Assembly: GCA_023410905.1 (NCBI GenBank)
Contig: JAEYPL010000031.1
Coordinates: forward strand, 31,137-95,136
Direction of reading: 5' to 3'
Origin: Pseudomonadota bacterium
Lineage (GTDB): Bacteria > Pseudomonadota > Alphaproteobacteria > Rhizobiales > Hyphomicrobiaceae
Length of the DNA: 64,000 bases
Shown piece after piece: positions 9,674 to 18,681 of the stretch (position 1 is its first letter; the number at the start of each line of letters is the position of its first letter). The notes below the pieces were generated by a model. The model did no database searches. It saw only the letters and a list, made by a program, of their open reading frames with translations, and was not told the origin of the DNA. The translations under genes were made by a program, and so were the position numbers.

Positions 9674-11334
9674 GCCTTCTGCACCTTGCCTGCGAGAACG
9701 GTGCCCCAGATGCCGATGTCCTTGATCGCCATCGGATCCACATCGTAGGGGCTGTCTTCGAGGATGGCAAAGTCGGCGAACTTGCCAGGCTCCAAGCTGC
9801 CAACCTTATTCTCGAGGCCGAGCACGTACGCAGCATCGATCGTAATTGCGCGCATCGCACGATCCACGCTGATCCGTTCGCCTGGAGCGACCACTGTCTT
9901 GCCGTCAAGTGCAACGCGATTAACAGCGATCCAGGCCGCCGTGAGTGGATGGAGCGGGACCACGACGAGAGAATAGTCCGAGTGGATCGTGAAGGTCACG
10001 CCCGCTCGCTCGAGCGAACCGAGCCGCGCGACCGCTTCAGACCGATCGGGTCCATAGCCTTCGTTTGCGTGGATCTGGCTACGATAGTGGGTGAAGTAGT
10101 TGTTGACGCTGGCAAGCCCTCCGAGCGCCTTGAGGCGACGCGCCTGTTCCGGCGTGCTGATGCAGTAGTGCTCGAGGGTGAAGCGATGGTCGAACTTTGG
10201 TCTTATCGCTTGAAGCTTAGCGAGCGCATTGAGCGACGCGTCGATGGCTTCATCACCATTTGCATGGCAATGGATCGGAATTCCGGCTTCCCAGAAAGGG
10301 AGCATCCGTTCGTGAAATTCGTCCCAGGGAACGTCGTTGCGCAGGCCATTGCTACCGTCGAGATAGCCCGGATAGTTCAGGCGCAGCGACATCGCCGGAA
10401 ATGATCCATCGGAAAAGAACTTCACGCCATGGAAGAAGAGCTTATCGGAATTACGCTTCTCCATGATTGACAGCATGAAATCGGCGCGCTTGCTCCCATG
10501 TGTGCGATGTAGCGCGTTTTCCTGCGGCACCAGCCCCATCCGTAAAGGAAACGCTGGATCGTTGACGACGGCATTATAGAGCTGCCACTCAAGCTCGAAA
10601 TCGTTTGCTCCGAAGACCAGCTCAGCGGTTGTTGTCATGCCAGCCTTGTGGGCAACAGCGCCCATGCGCCTGATGCCATCAGCGCCACCGCGTTTCGCGA
10701 TCTCCGCCCGGATTCCTCCGAGAGCAATCACCTTCGCCTCGATCTCCACAAACTGGCCGTTGAGGCGGCCGTCATCGTAACGCAGCACGCCATGAACGTT
10801 TGAGTTCTCGGGAATGTTCGCACTCTTGATCGCAGCCGAATTGAGGTAGACGAAGTGCGGTGCATACGAGATCGCCCAGATCGGCCTGTCGCCAAGCAAG
10901 GCATCGAGTTCGTCACGATGGAGATGTGAGCCCTGAATTGCAGGGTCCAACCCCCAACAGATGATAGGCTCTTGCGGATTGCGCAACGACTCATGGATCG
11001 AGCGCAGTTTCGCCTTGACCGCATCCATGTTTGGCAGGCCATTGTAATGCGTGCCATCCGGCGCCGGGGAGTCGATCGGCCCGATATAGTGCAGGGCCAT
11101 GTAGCCAGAGCTCATCAGGAAGTGTGTATGCGGGTCTATAAGTCCCGGCATGATGACCTTTGACTTGAAGGTGTCATCGATCACATGCGGATAACGCGAG
11201 AGCCAAGGCTGCATGCTCTCGATCGTGCCGGTGGAAAGCACACGACCATCTCTGACCGCCACGGCTTCCGCGAACGGGCGCCCGGCGTCCATCGTGATGA
11301 CTTTCCGCGCCGGATAGACGACGATCTCGCTCAT
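9670..11334 (-). CDS. Metal-dependent amidohydrolase (Amidohydro_3 / YtcJ-like), copy 1
   Basis: Motifs PGLIDPHTHF, HCHANGDEAID and HSDYS. The ATG at 11334 is preceded by GGAGGAG; the ORF track TTG start at 11352 is less likely. Confidence 0.9.
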   Translation of the reverse strand: MSEIVVYPARKVITMDAGRPFAEAVAVRDGRVLSTGTIESMQPWLSRYPHVIDDTFKSKVIMPGLIDPHTHFLMSSGYMALHYIGPIDSPAPDGTHYNGLPNMDAVKAKLRSIHESLRNPQEPIICWGLDPAIQGSHLHRDELDALLGDRPIWAISYAPHFVYLNSAAIKSANIPENSNVHGVLRYDDGRLNGQFVEIEAKVIALGGIRAEIAKRGGADGIRRMGAVAHKAGMTTTAELVFGANDFELEWQLYNAVVNDPAFPLRMGLVPQENALHRTHGSKRADFMLSIMEKRNSDKLFFHGVKFFSDGSFPAMSLRLNYPGYLDGSNGLRNDVPWDEFHERMLPFWEAGIPIHCHANGDEAIDASLNALAKLQAIRPKFDHRFTLEHYCISTPEQARRLKALGGLASVNNYFTHYRSQIHANEGYGPDRSEAVARLGSLERAGVTFTIHSDYSLVVVPLHPLTAAWIAVNRVALDGKTVVAPGERISVDRAMRAITIDAAYVLGLENKVGSLEPGKFADFAILEDSPYDVDPMAIKDIGIWGTVLAGKVQKA

Positions 11335-11609
11335 GATGGGCTCCTCCAGCAAGCCGGTCCAAGCGTTGAGACTAAGCTTGGCTCAGCGGCGTGCGTTATT
11401 ATCCACACGACACATGTTTTGTAGTTTTCCGCATTTGTCGTCAGGAGGGGCCGCCTCAAGCAAGCCTGCTGTTTCGGTGCTGCTTCACGCTCTGGCAACG
11501 CCCCACGGCGGCGGAAAACTGATGAGTGCTTGCAGGTGCGCGACAGTCACGACGTAAGATCGCGACGCGGGCTGTGCTCCCTATTGCAAGCCCCGCACCC
11601 TGCGTGAAA

Positions 11610-11626
11610 TGTCACCGATCGTGACA
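11610..11626. promoter_or_regulatory. Inverted repeat TGTCAC-N5-GTGACA, a candidate operator
   Basis: Perfect 6-bp arms about 30 bp upstream of the CocE/NonD gene start, in the divergent 320-bp intergenic region. Confidence 0.25.
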
Positions 11627-11654
11627 AGCAAGCCCGAGGCAGTGGGGGAAGCAT

Positions 11655-13484
11655 ATGCCAGATAATGACGATCGCGGCCAAGCTTGGCGCGTGCCGCCGA
11701 GCCGCTATCTTGCGACACGCCCCACCACCTACAGCATCCCGAAGCCCATTTCCTGTTATGTGACGATGCCGGACGGCTGCCGTCTTGCCGCGGATATCTA
11801 TATCCCGCAGGGCGCGGACGCAGATGTGCGACAATGGCCCACCATTCTCATCTGCACGCCCTACTATCGACGCTTCCAGGTGAAAGCCGGCGCCAGTACG
11901 GAGCCCTGCCCGAACACCTTTCGCTATCGCGATATGTTTGTGCCGCGCGGTTATGCGATGGTCGTGGTCGATATCCGCGGGAGTGGCGCCAGTTTTGGTA
12001 CGCGCGACAGTTTCCGTTCACCTCGCGAGCGTGAGGATTGTCGCGCAATTGCGGATTGGATCGTCGCTCAGTCGTGGTCCGATGGCCGGATCGGCGCGAC
12101 GGGGATTTCCTATCTGGGCGCCGCGAGTGATTTTCTTGCGAGCACCGGCCATCCGGCCGTCAAAGCGATCGCGCCGCTCTTCGCCGTCTGGGACACCTAT
12201 CCCGACAACTACTATCCAGGTGGCGTGCTGCTCAAGGAGTTGGCGAGGGTCTACGACGGTATGATGGTCGCTCTTGACCACGACCGGCGCGACTTTCTCA
12301 AGAACTACGGCTATTACGCAGATCCTAATCTTGAAGGTCCGCATCCCGTCGATGAAGATGAAGACGGCAGCTTGTGTCGGGCTGCAGTGCGCGAACACGT
12401 TGCAAATTTCCGAATGCCGGACTTCATCACCGAGTTCAAGTTCAGGGACGATGCACTCCCTTATGACAAGAGCTTCACGTCAGCCAAGTTCGGACCGTAC
12501 AATTACGCTAGCGGCATTCGCGAGGACGTCGCTGTTTATACGGTCTCGGGTTGGACAGACGGCGCGGGCTACGCGAATGGTACGATCAGCCGCTTTTTGA
12601 CGCTTCCGAATCCTAACAAGTATCTTCTGCTTGGACCATGGGATCACGGAGCACGCGTCAATACTTCCCCCTGGCGCGACGGCGTCTCTCCCCAATTCAC
12701 TGTTCTTGCCGAGATCCTGCGCTTTTTCGATGAGCATCTCGCCGGAATGCACACCGGCCTCAAAAGCGAGTCGCGGGTCCACTACTTCACCTTTCATGAG
12801 GAAGCGTGGCGCGAAAGCGCAAACTGGCCACCGACCCGTGAAGCTAAACGCCTCTATCTCACCGCCGGACACGAACTGACCGAGGCGCAAGGTTTGGCGG
12901 GCTCAGACAGCTATCAGGTCGACTTCGGTTCGGGGACAGGCAACGAGACGCGATATGAACGCATCGCCGGTCTCGATATCACGCGCTACTACACGGATTG
13001 GCAGGGACGCGGAGATCGAATGTTGTCCTATGTCTCGATGCCCCTAGATCAATCTCTCGAGATTTCGGGCCATGCCTTGGCATCGCTGTGGGTTTCGTCA
13101 AGTGAGCCGGATGCGGCGCTGTTCGTCTACCTGACGGAGATCGAGGAGGACGGCACGGCACGTTACATAACGGAAGGACTACTGCGCGCCTTGCATCGCA
13201 AGGAGAGCCCGTGTCCGCCGAACTACAAGACCAGTTGGCCTTATCGCACCTTCTCGCGGGCGGATGCCGCGCCTATGCCGATCGGCAAGCCCGAGGTGCT
13301 CCGCTTTCCGCTGCTGCCAGTTTCCTGGACCCTCCAGAAAGGAAGCCGCCTGCGGGTTTCCATTGCTGGGGCAGATGCCGATCACTGCGGTCAGATCCCC
13401 CATGGCCGACCGCCCCTGCTGACGGTGCACTGGGGCGGCGACTTAGGCTCTTACATAGAGCTGCCAGCAAAGGCTCTCGGCTAA
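11655..13484 (+). CDS. CocE/NonD-family (S15, X-Pro dipeptidyl-peptidase-like) alpha/beta hydrolase
   Basis: N-terminal signature ADIYIPQG..PTILICTPYYRR..VVVDIRGSGASFG, the nucleophile elbow GISYLGA and a long C-terminal jelly-roll region. Confidence 0.9.
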   Translation: MPDNDDRGQAWRVPPSRYLATRPTTYSIPKPISCYVTMPDGCRLAADIYIPQGADADVRQWPTILICTPYYRRFQVKAGASTEPCPNTFRYRDMFVPRGYAMVVVDIRGSGASFGTRDSFRSPREREDCRAIADWIVAQSWSDGRIGATGISYLGAASDFLASTGHPAVKAIAPLFAVWDTYPDNYYPGGVLLKELARVYDGMMVALDHDRRDFLKNYGYYADPNLEGPHPVDEDEDGSLCRAAVREHVANFRMPDFITEFKFRDDALPYDKSFTSAKFGPYNYASGIREDVAVYTVSGWTDGAGYANGTISRFLTLPNPNKYLLLGPWDHGARVNTSPWRDGVSPQFTVLAEILRFFDEHLAGMHTGLKSESRVHYFTFHEEAWRESANWPPTREAKRLYLTAGHELTEAQGLAGSDSYQVDFGSGTGNETRYERIAGLDITRYYTDWQGRGDRMLSYVSMPLDQSLEISGHALASLWVSSSEPDAALFVYLTEIEEDGTARYITEGLLRALHRKESPCPPNYKTSWPYRTFSRADAAPMPIGKPEVLRFPLLPVSWTLQKGSRLRVSIAGADADHCGQIPHGRPPLLTVHWGGDLGSYIELPAKALG

Positions 13485-14524
13485 AGAGGCTCGTCGAAGA
13501 TGCGGCGCGCGGTGTCAGTTGATGGGCTGATCCGGCGCGTCGCTTTTGGCGTCTGTGTGAGAAGACGCTTGCGTTGCTCCGACGGATTGATTCCGTAAGC
13601 GAGCTTGAATGTCTTGCTGAGGTGCGCGCCGTCGGCGAAGCCCGTGTCGGCCGCGATTGCGGCAAGGGACAGATCGGAATTCAGCATCCATCGCGCGTGC
13701 TTGAGCCGCAGCCGGAGATAGGCTGTGTGCGGCGCGCAGCCGACCTTCTCCTTGAACAGCCGTTCGAGTTGGCGGGCGCTCGTATGGACCTGCGCTGCGA
13801 CCTTTGCCACCGGCATTGGCCGCGCCAAATTCTGCTCCATGATCAGTAAAGCGCGCGAAACCCGGTCGTTGTCACCGGAAAGGGCCATCGGCGGTGCCGG
13901 CTGAGCCGAAGAGCCTGGTCGAGCGCGATCGATCTGCAAAATGTGAAGAGCCTTTTGCGCGCTCGCCGGCCCCAGATGACGCTCAACAAGAGAAGCCGCC
14001 AGAGAGGAAACGCCGGCGCCTCCTGAGCACGTTATGCGATCTCCGTCGACCACATAAAGTCGGTCGGCAATCGGCACCTGATCGCCAAACTCCTCCACGA
14101 AGTCGCGATAATGATACCAGCTGATGCAGCATTTGCGTCCTTCGAGCAGTCCGAGGCGGCACAGCACAAAACTGCCTGTACACAATCCAACGAGCTTGGT
14201 GCTCGAGCACGCAGCTTTAAGAAGATATTCCTGGGATTTGGGGTGCAACTGGGGGCCAGTATGAAGGAGCCCTCCGACGGTAACGATGTAGTCAAGGTCG
14301 CTGGGATCAACGAATCCCGAAGTAGGGCGGATATAGGCGCCGCAGCTTGCGCGGATCGCATCTTCCGAATGCGACATGATTTGCCACTGGCATCGGATCG
14401 GGCGGCTCTTATCGCCTTCGTCTGCTGCGAGACGAAGAATGTCGACAAAGTTGGCAAACGCCGTCAGCGTAAAATTATTGGCTAGGATGAAGCCAACTCG
14501 CAGCGGTGTCGGTGCCCTTCGCAC
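13481..14524 (-). CDS. GlxA-family transcriptional regulator (DJ-1/PfpI-like domain + AraC HTH)
   Basis: N-terminal GATase1-like/DJ-1 domain (RVGFILANNFTLTAFANFVDILR.. LCTGSFVL). C-terminal AraC-type HTH (ARQLERLFKEKVGCAPHTAYLRLRLKHARWML.. IAADTGFADGAHLSKTFKLAYGINPSE). Its 3' end overlaps the convergent CocE/NonD gene by 4 nt. Confidence 0.9.
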   Translation of the reverse strand: MRRAPTPLRVGFILANNFTLTAFANFVDILRLAADEGDKSRPIRCQWQIMSHSEDAIRASCGAYIRPTSGFVDPSDLDYIVTVGGLLHTGPQLHPKSQEYLLKAACSSTKLVGLCTGSFVLCRLGLLEGRKCCISWYHYRDFVEEFGDQVPIADRLYVVDGDRITCSGGAGVSSLAASLVERHLGPASAQKALHILQIDRARPGSSAQPAPPMALSGDNDRVSRALLIMEQNLARPMPVAKVAAQVHTSARQLERLFKEKVGCAPHTAYLRLRLKHARWMLNSDLSLAAIAADTGFADGAHLSKTFKLAYGINPSEQRKRLLTQTPKATRRISPSTDTARRIFDEPL

Positions 14525-14653
14525 GTGCCGATATACTCCTCTTTAGAAAGGAAACATGCGTAGCTGTATTTGAATATGCCCCGCCAGCGTGGAATTTGGC
14601 AAGGCTATGCCCGGGCCGTAGTGCGAGCCGAGCTGCCCGATTGCACGCCAGGC

Positions 14654-16492
14654 TCACCGGCCGAACGCGTAACCCTGCATGTAGCGGGCATTCGCTGCGG
14701 CCCTGAGCACGCGGCCCCGACGCGACGCGGCGCTCAGGCGGCCAAGAGACCACTCGGCCACGGTCTCGACTTTGTGGCCTCGTGCCTCTAGGCGCCTCAC
14801 GGCCTCCGGGGAAAAACGGCTCTCGATGGTCAACGAGGCGGGCTTTGCCTGACGCGGAAAGAACGAGCTCGGCATGTGATCGTTGTGAAACATCGGAAGG
14901 TCGATGCTCTGCTGAAGGTTATCGACGTGATGCACGTGACGCAGGAAGAAGGCGAGGCTCCACTGGTCCTGCTGGTCACCACCAGGGGTGCCGAAGCTCA
15001 GATAGGGTTCACCATCACGTTCGATCATGGCCACCGATAGCGTGGTCCGCGGCCGTTTGCCGGGCGCGAGGGAAGCGGGCAGGCCAGGCCTTAACCAGAA
15101 CATCTGCGCGCGCGTCCCGAGAGTGAAACCCAACCCCGGTATCACGGGTGAGCTCTGCAGCCAGCCTCCGCTTGGTGTCGCCGAGACCATATTGCCGAAG
15201 CGATCGACAATGTCGAAATGCACAGTATCGCCGCGCGAGGCTCCGCGCGGACCGACGGTCGGCTCGCCAGCGCCGAGCGAGGTGCCTTCGCTGCCCGTGC
15301 CGTCCGCAACCGCGTAGGGAACGTCATGCTCATAGCCCTCGATATGACCAGGGCGGAACTCGGCGGACGCGTGGCGGCCTATAAGGCGACGTCGCGCATT
15401 CGAATAATCAGCGCTCAACAGCGTATCGACCGGTACATCTACATAATTCGGATCACCGTAGAATTTCTCGCGATCCGCAAATGCCAGTTTCGAACTCTCG
15501 GTGACGAGGTGGACGAACTCGTCGCCGACCGGATCCAATGCGCCGAGATCAAAGCCCTTGAGCAAAGCCAACTGCTGAAGGAATACGGGGCCCTGCGTCC
15601 ACACGCCGGGCTTGTTGACGCGGTATCCATGGTAATCAATGGATAGTGGTTCCTCGTAAGTCGGCTCCCACGTCGCTAGATCTTGCCCAGTGATGAGGCC
15701 CCGATGGCGCTGCCCCGACGTATCCATGACCTCGCTTTCGCGGGAGAAGCGATCGATCGCGTCCGCGATGAAGCCTTGATAGAAGGCTTGCTTGGCGGCA
15801 TCGATCTGACGCTCGCGTGATCCTCCCGCTGCTTCTGCGGCGGCCAGTATCCGCTCATACGTCGCAGCCAGATCAGGGTTACTGAAGAGTGTTCCCGCCG
15901 TCGGCACGTCCGGCCGCAGGTAGACATCACGCGAGGTCGGCCATTCATTGCGGAACAGCGGCTCGACGATCTTGATTGCCGCCGCAATGCGCGGGAGCAG
16001 AATGTATCCATTGCGGGCATAGCCAATCGCCGGTTCTAGGACGTCGCGAAGGCCCAGCGTGCCGTAGTCCCGAAGGAGTACCATCCACGCGCCGAACGAG
16101 CCTGGCACGCACGCCGGCAGAAGTCCGCTGCCCGGAATGATATCGAGCCCAAGAGCGTCGAATGCCTTGATCGTCGCCGCTTGCGGAGCCACGCCCTGGC
16201 CGCAGAGAACGCGCGTCTTGCGCGACTTGGCATCGTTGAAGATGATGGGAACTTCACCGCCGAGCCCATTCAGGTGCGGCTCGACCACCTGAAGAGCGAA
16301 GCCGGTGGCGACTGCCGCATCGAACGCGTTCCCACCGATCTCCAGCACTCGCATCCCGGCAGCCGTACCAAGCCAGTGCGTCGACGCGACAACGCCATAT
16401 GTTCCGACAATCTCTGGGCGGGTCAGAAACGGCGGCTCGCCGGCATCAGGCCCGTAAGTGAGACGGAAATTGCCCAGTGAGAGCTGGCTCAT
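14654..16492 (-). CDS. Gamma-glutamyltransferase-family Ntn hydrolase, no signal peptide (copy 1)
   Basis: GGT-family N-terminus (VVASTHWLGTAAGMRVLEIGGNAFDAAVA) and an autoprocessing/nucleophile Thr context (GDTVHFDIVDRFGNMVSATPSGG). I chose the ATG at 16492 (MSQLSLGN..); the ORF track start at 16669 would overlap the divergent gene. Confidence 0.85.
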   Translation of the reverse strand: MSQLSLGNFRLTYGPDAGEPPFLTRPEIVGTYGVVASTHWLGTAAGMRVLEIGGNAFDAAVATGFALQVVEPHLNGLGGEVPIIFNDAKSRKTRVLCGQGVAPQAATIKAFDALGLDIIPGSGLLPACVPGSFGAWMVLLRDYGTLGLRDVLEPAIGYARNGYILLPRIAAAIKIVEPLFRNEWPTSRDVYLRPDVPTAGTLFSNPDLAATYERILAAAEAAGGSRERQIDAAKQAFYQGFIADAIDRFSRESEVMDTSGQRHRGLITGQDLATWEPTYEEPLSIDYHGYRVNKPGVWTQGPVFLQQLALLKGFDLGALDPVGDEFVHLVTESSKLAFADREKFYGDPNYVDVPVDTLLSADYSNARRRLIGRHASAEFRPGHIEGYEHDVPYAVADGTGSEGTSLGAGEPTVGPRGASRGDTVHFDIVDRFGNMVSATPSGGWLQSSPVIPGLGFTLGTRAQMFWLRPGLPASLAPGKRPRTTLSVAMIERDGEPYLSFGTPGGDQQDQWSLAFFLRHVHHVDNLQQSIDLPMFHNDHMPSSFFPRQAKPASLTIESRFSPEAVRRLEARGHKVETVAEWSLGRLSAASRRGRVLRAAANARYMQGYAFGR

Positions 16493-16569
16493 GTTCGAAA
16501 CACTCCACGGCGCACAGTCTGACGCCGCAGACCATTCGCGCTTCTTCGGCTGCAGTTGGTCGCAGCAAT

Positions 16570-16593
16570 CTGGTCGGTTATATAACGATCCAG
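16570..16593. promoter_or_regulatory. Imperfect 24-bp palindrome CTGGtcgGTTATATAACgatCCAG, a candidate operator
   Basis: A perfect 10-bp core palindrome GTTATATAAC flanked by CTGG/CCAG. It sits centrally in the 194-bp divergent region between the two GGT-family genes. Confidence 0.25.
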
Positions 16594-16686
16594 ACGCCTG
16601 TCTTGTCGATTTGCGACACTGCATTGCAGGGTCCGCGTCCAATGCTACGGTGCGCGCCTCACAGCTCAAAGTTCGGCGAGGTTCTC

Positions 16687-18339
16687 ATGACGACGACGGC
16701 GATGGTGGCGTGCCCGCAACCCGAGGCAGCCGAAGCTGGCATCGACGTGCTCGAACGCGGCGGAAATGCAGTGGACGCCGCCATTGCCTGCGCGCTCGTC
16801 CAGACAGTCGTCGATCCGCTCATGTGCGGGATCGCGGGCTTCGGCAGTCTTGCCCTATACATGCCTGGGCGCAACGTCCACGAGTACCTGGATTTTCATG
16901 CTCCAGCACCACTCGCGACGACCGACTCCATGTGGGCGCACCTGATCGAGGGACAGGCGCGCGACGGCTTCGGCTTCGTGCTCAAGGGGCGCGTCAACGA
17001 TCTCGGCTATCAATCGATCTGTGTGCCAGGGTCGCTTCGTGCCTTTGAGGATGCGCATCGCGATTACGGACGCCTGCCGTGGCGGGACATCGTTGCTCCC
17101 GCAATTCGCTGGGCAACCGAGGGCTACTTCGTTCGGCCCGCAATGTTTGCGTTCTGGAGCGACGAAGGCAGCATGGGGCGCACATCCAATGCAGAGCGTC
17201 TGGCGTACAGCGCCTCAGGGCGCGCGCTCTATTGCAGGACGGATGGATCTCCAAAGCGGATCGGGGAGCCACTGAGCAATCCTGCATATGCGGACACCTT
17301 GTCTCAGATTGCAGAGCACGGAGCGGATATGTTCTACCGCGGTGCGATTGCGGACCGCATTGCGGCCGACATGAAGGCCAATGGTGGCCTCATTACAAAG
17401 CGCGACCTCGAAAGCTACCGACCGGTACGCAGCAAGCCTCTCGTCGGCACGTACCGGGGACATCGCGTCACGACAAATCAGCCTCCGGGCGGCGGCTTGA
17501 TGCTGCTCGAGATGCTCAACATCCTCGAGGTGTTCGATCTCAAGTCGCTCGGCCACAACAGTACGGCTTATATCCGCCTTCTCTCCGAGGTCATGAAGCG
17601 TGCGACAAATGACAAGGATAAGTTCATTGGCGACCCCGGTTACGTCGACGTACCCGTGAGCCGACTGAGCTCAAAATCCTATGCCACAACGCTTGCAGAG
17701 GAGATCCGCAGTGGCGCGCGCGCGGAAGTGCCGCGTCTCTCGATATCCGCGCCTGTCTCGAAGGACACGACCCACTTGTCCGTTGTCGACGGCGACGGCA
17801 ACTGTGTGTCCATGACCCATTCTCTAGGCATGCCCTCCGGCGTCATCACCGAGGGCCTGGGGTTCATGTACAATGGCTGTATGGGTGTCTTCGACCCTCG
17901 ACCTGGCCAGACGGGAAGCGCCGCTCCGGGCAAGTCACGCTTCAGCGCGATGTGTCCGAGCATCGTGTTCGATCCGGACGGTCGCGAGATGGTCATCGGC
18001 GCACCCGGCGGTACGCAGATCGCGATGGGTGTTCTGCAGGCCATTCTCAACGTGGTCGATTTCCAAATGACGATGCAGGAAGCTGTGTCGGCACCGCGCT
18101 TTTCGTCGACCAGTTCGGCAATCGATGTCTCGAACCGCATTCCACGAAGCATTCTGCACACACTCGAAGAGGAGGGGTACGAGGTCATCCGCAATCCGTT
18201 CGGTTACACCATCGCGTGGGTGCACGCGGTACGCTGCACTGCGGCTGGTCTTGAGGGTGCAGCCGATCCAGGACGCGATGGAGTTGCGCTATCAATAAAG
18301 CTACCTACGGACCGAGCGGTCGAAGGCTCGATACTTTAA
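16687..18339 (+). CDS. Gamma-glutamyltransferase-family Ntn hydrolase, no signal peptide (copy 2)
   Basis: MTTTAMVACPQPEAAEAGIDVLERGGNAVDAAIA and the nucleophile context KDTTHLSVVDGDGNCVSMTHSLG. The ATG at 16687 is preceded by GGCGAGG. Confidence 0.85.
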   Translation: MTTTAMVACPQPEAAEAGIDVLERGGNAVDAAIACALVQTVVDPLMCGIAGFGSLALYMPGRNVHEYLDFHAPAPLATTDSMWAHLIEGQARDGFGFVLKGRVNDLGYQSICVPGSLRAFEDAHRDYGRLPWRDIVAPAIRWATEGYFVRPAMFAFWSDEGSMGRTSNAERLAYSASGRALYCRTDGSPKRIGEPLSNPAYADTLSQIAEHGADMFYRGAIADRIAADMKANGGLITKRDLESYRPVRSKPLVGTYRGHRVTTNQPPGGGLMLLEMLNILEVFDLKSLGHNSTAYIRLLSEVMKRATNDKDKFIGDPGYVDVPVSRLSSKSYATTLAEEIRSGARAEVPRLSISAPVSKDTTHLSVVDGDGNCVSMTHSLGMPSGVITEGLGFMYNGCMGVFDPRPGQTGSAAPGKSRFSAMCPSIVFDPDGREMVIGAPGGTQIAMGVLQAILNVVDFQMTMQEAVSAPRFSSTSSAIDVSNRIPRSILHTLEEEGYEVIRNPFGYTIAWVHAVRCTAAGLEGAADPGRDGVALSIKLPTDRAVEGSIL

Positions 18340-18681
18340 ACCAAGCCAAAAGGTATGCATTTGCCCAAAAACAGGGCGACTATCTGCTAGAAAGACATCA
18401 AGTCTTCGCAAGTCCAATGCTGCGAGCTTGGACAAGCAGATCATGGAATCCTGAGGATGGTCCTAACGCTACATCTGCGATGTCGCGGTCCTACAAGGGT
18501 TTGCCTGGATACCATCTTAGCTTAGCAATAGGCTTTGGGGCAAAGACTCATCTTCATTCCCTTCTCGAAGTCAGTTATCGCACAGGCGATGCTATCGCTG
18601 ATGCGCCGACGTGCACCTGCCTTCCCGACATGCGCCGCGGCGCTGCTCGGCGCTTTGGCGTAGTTCGAAGGAGAGCGACGA

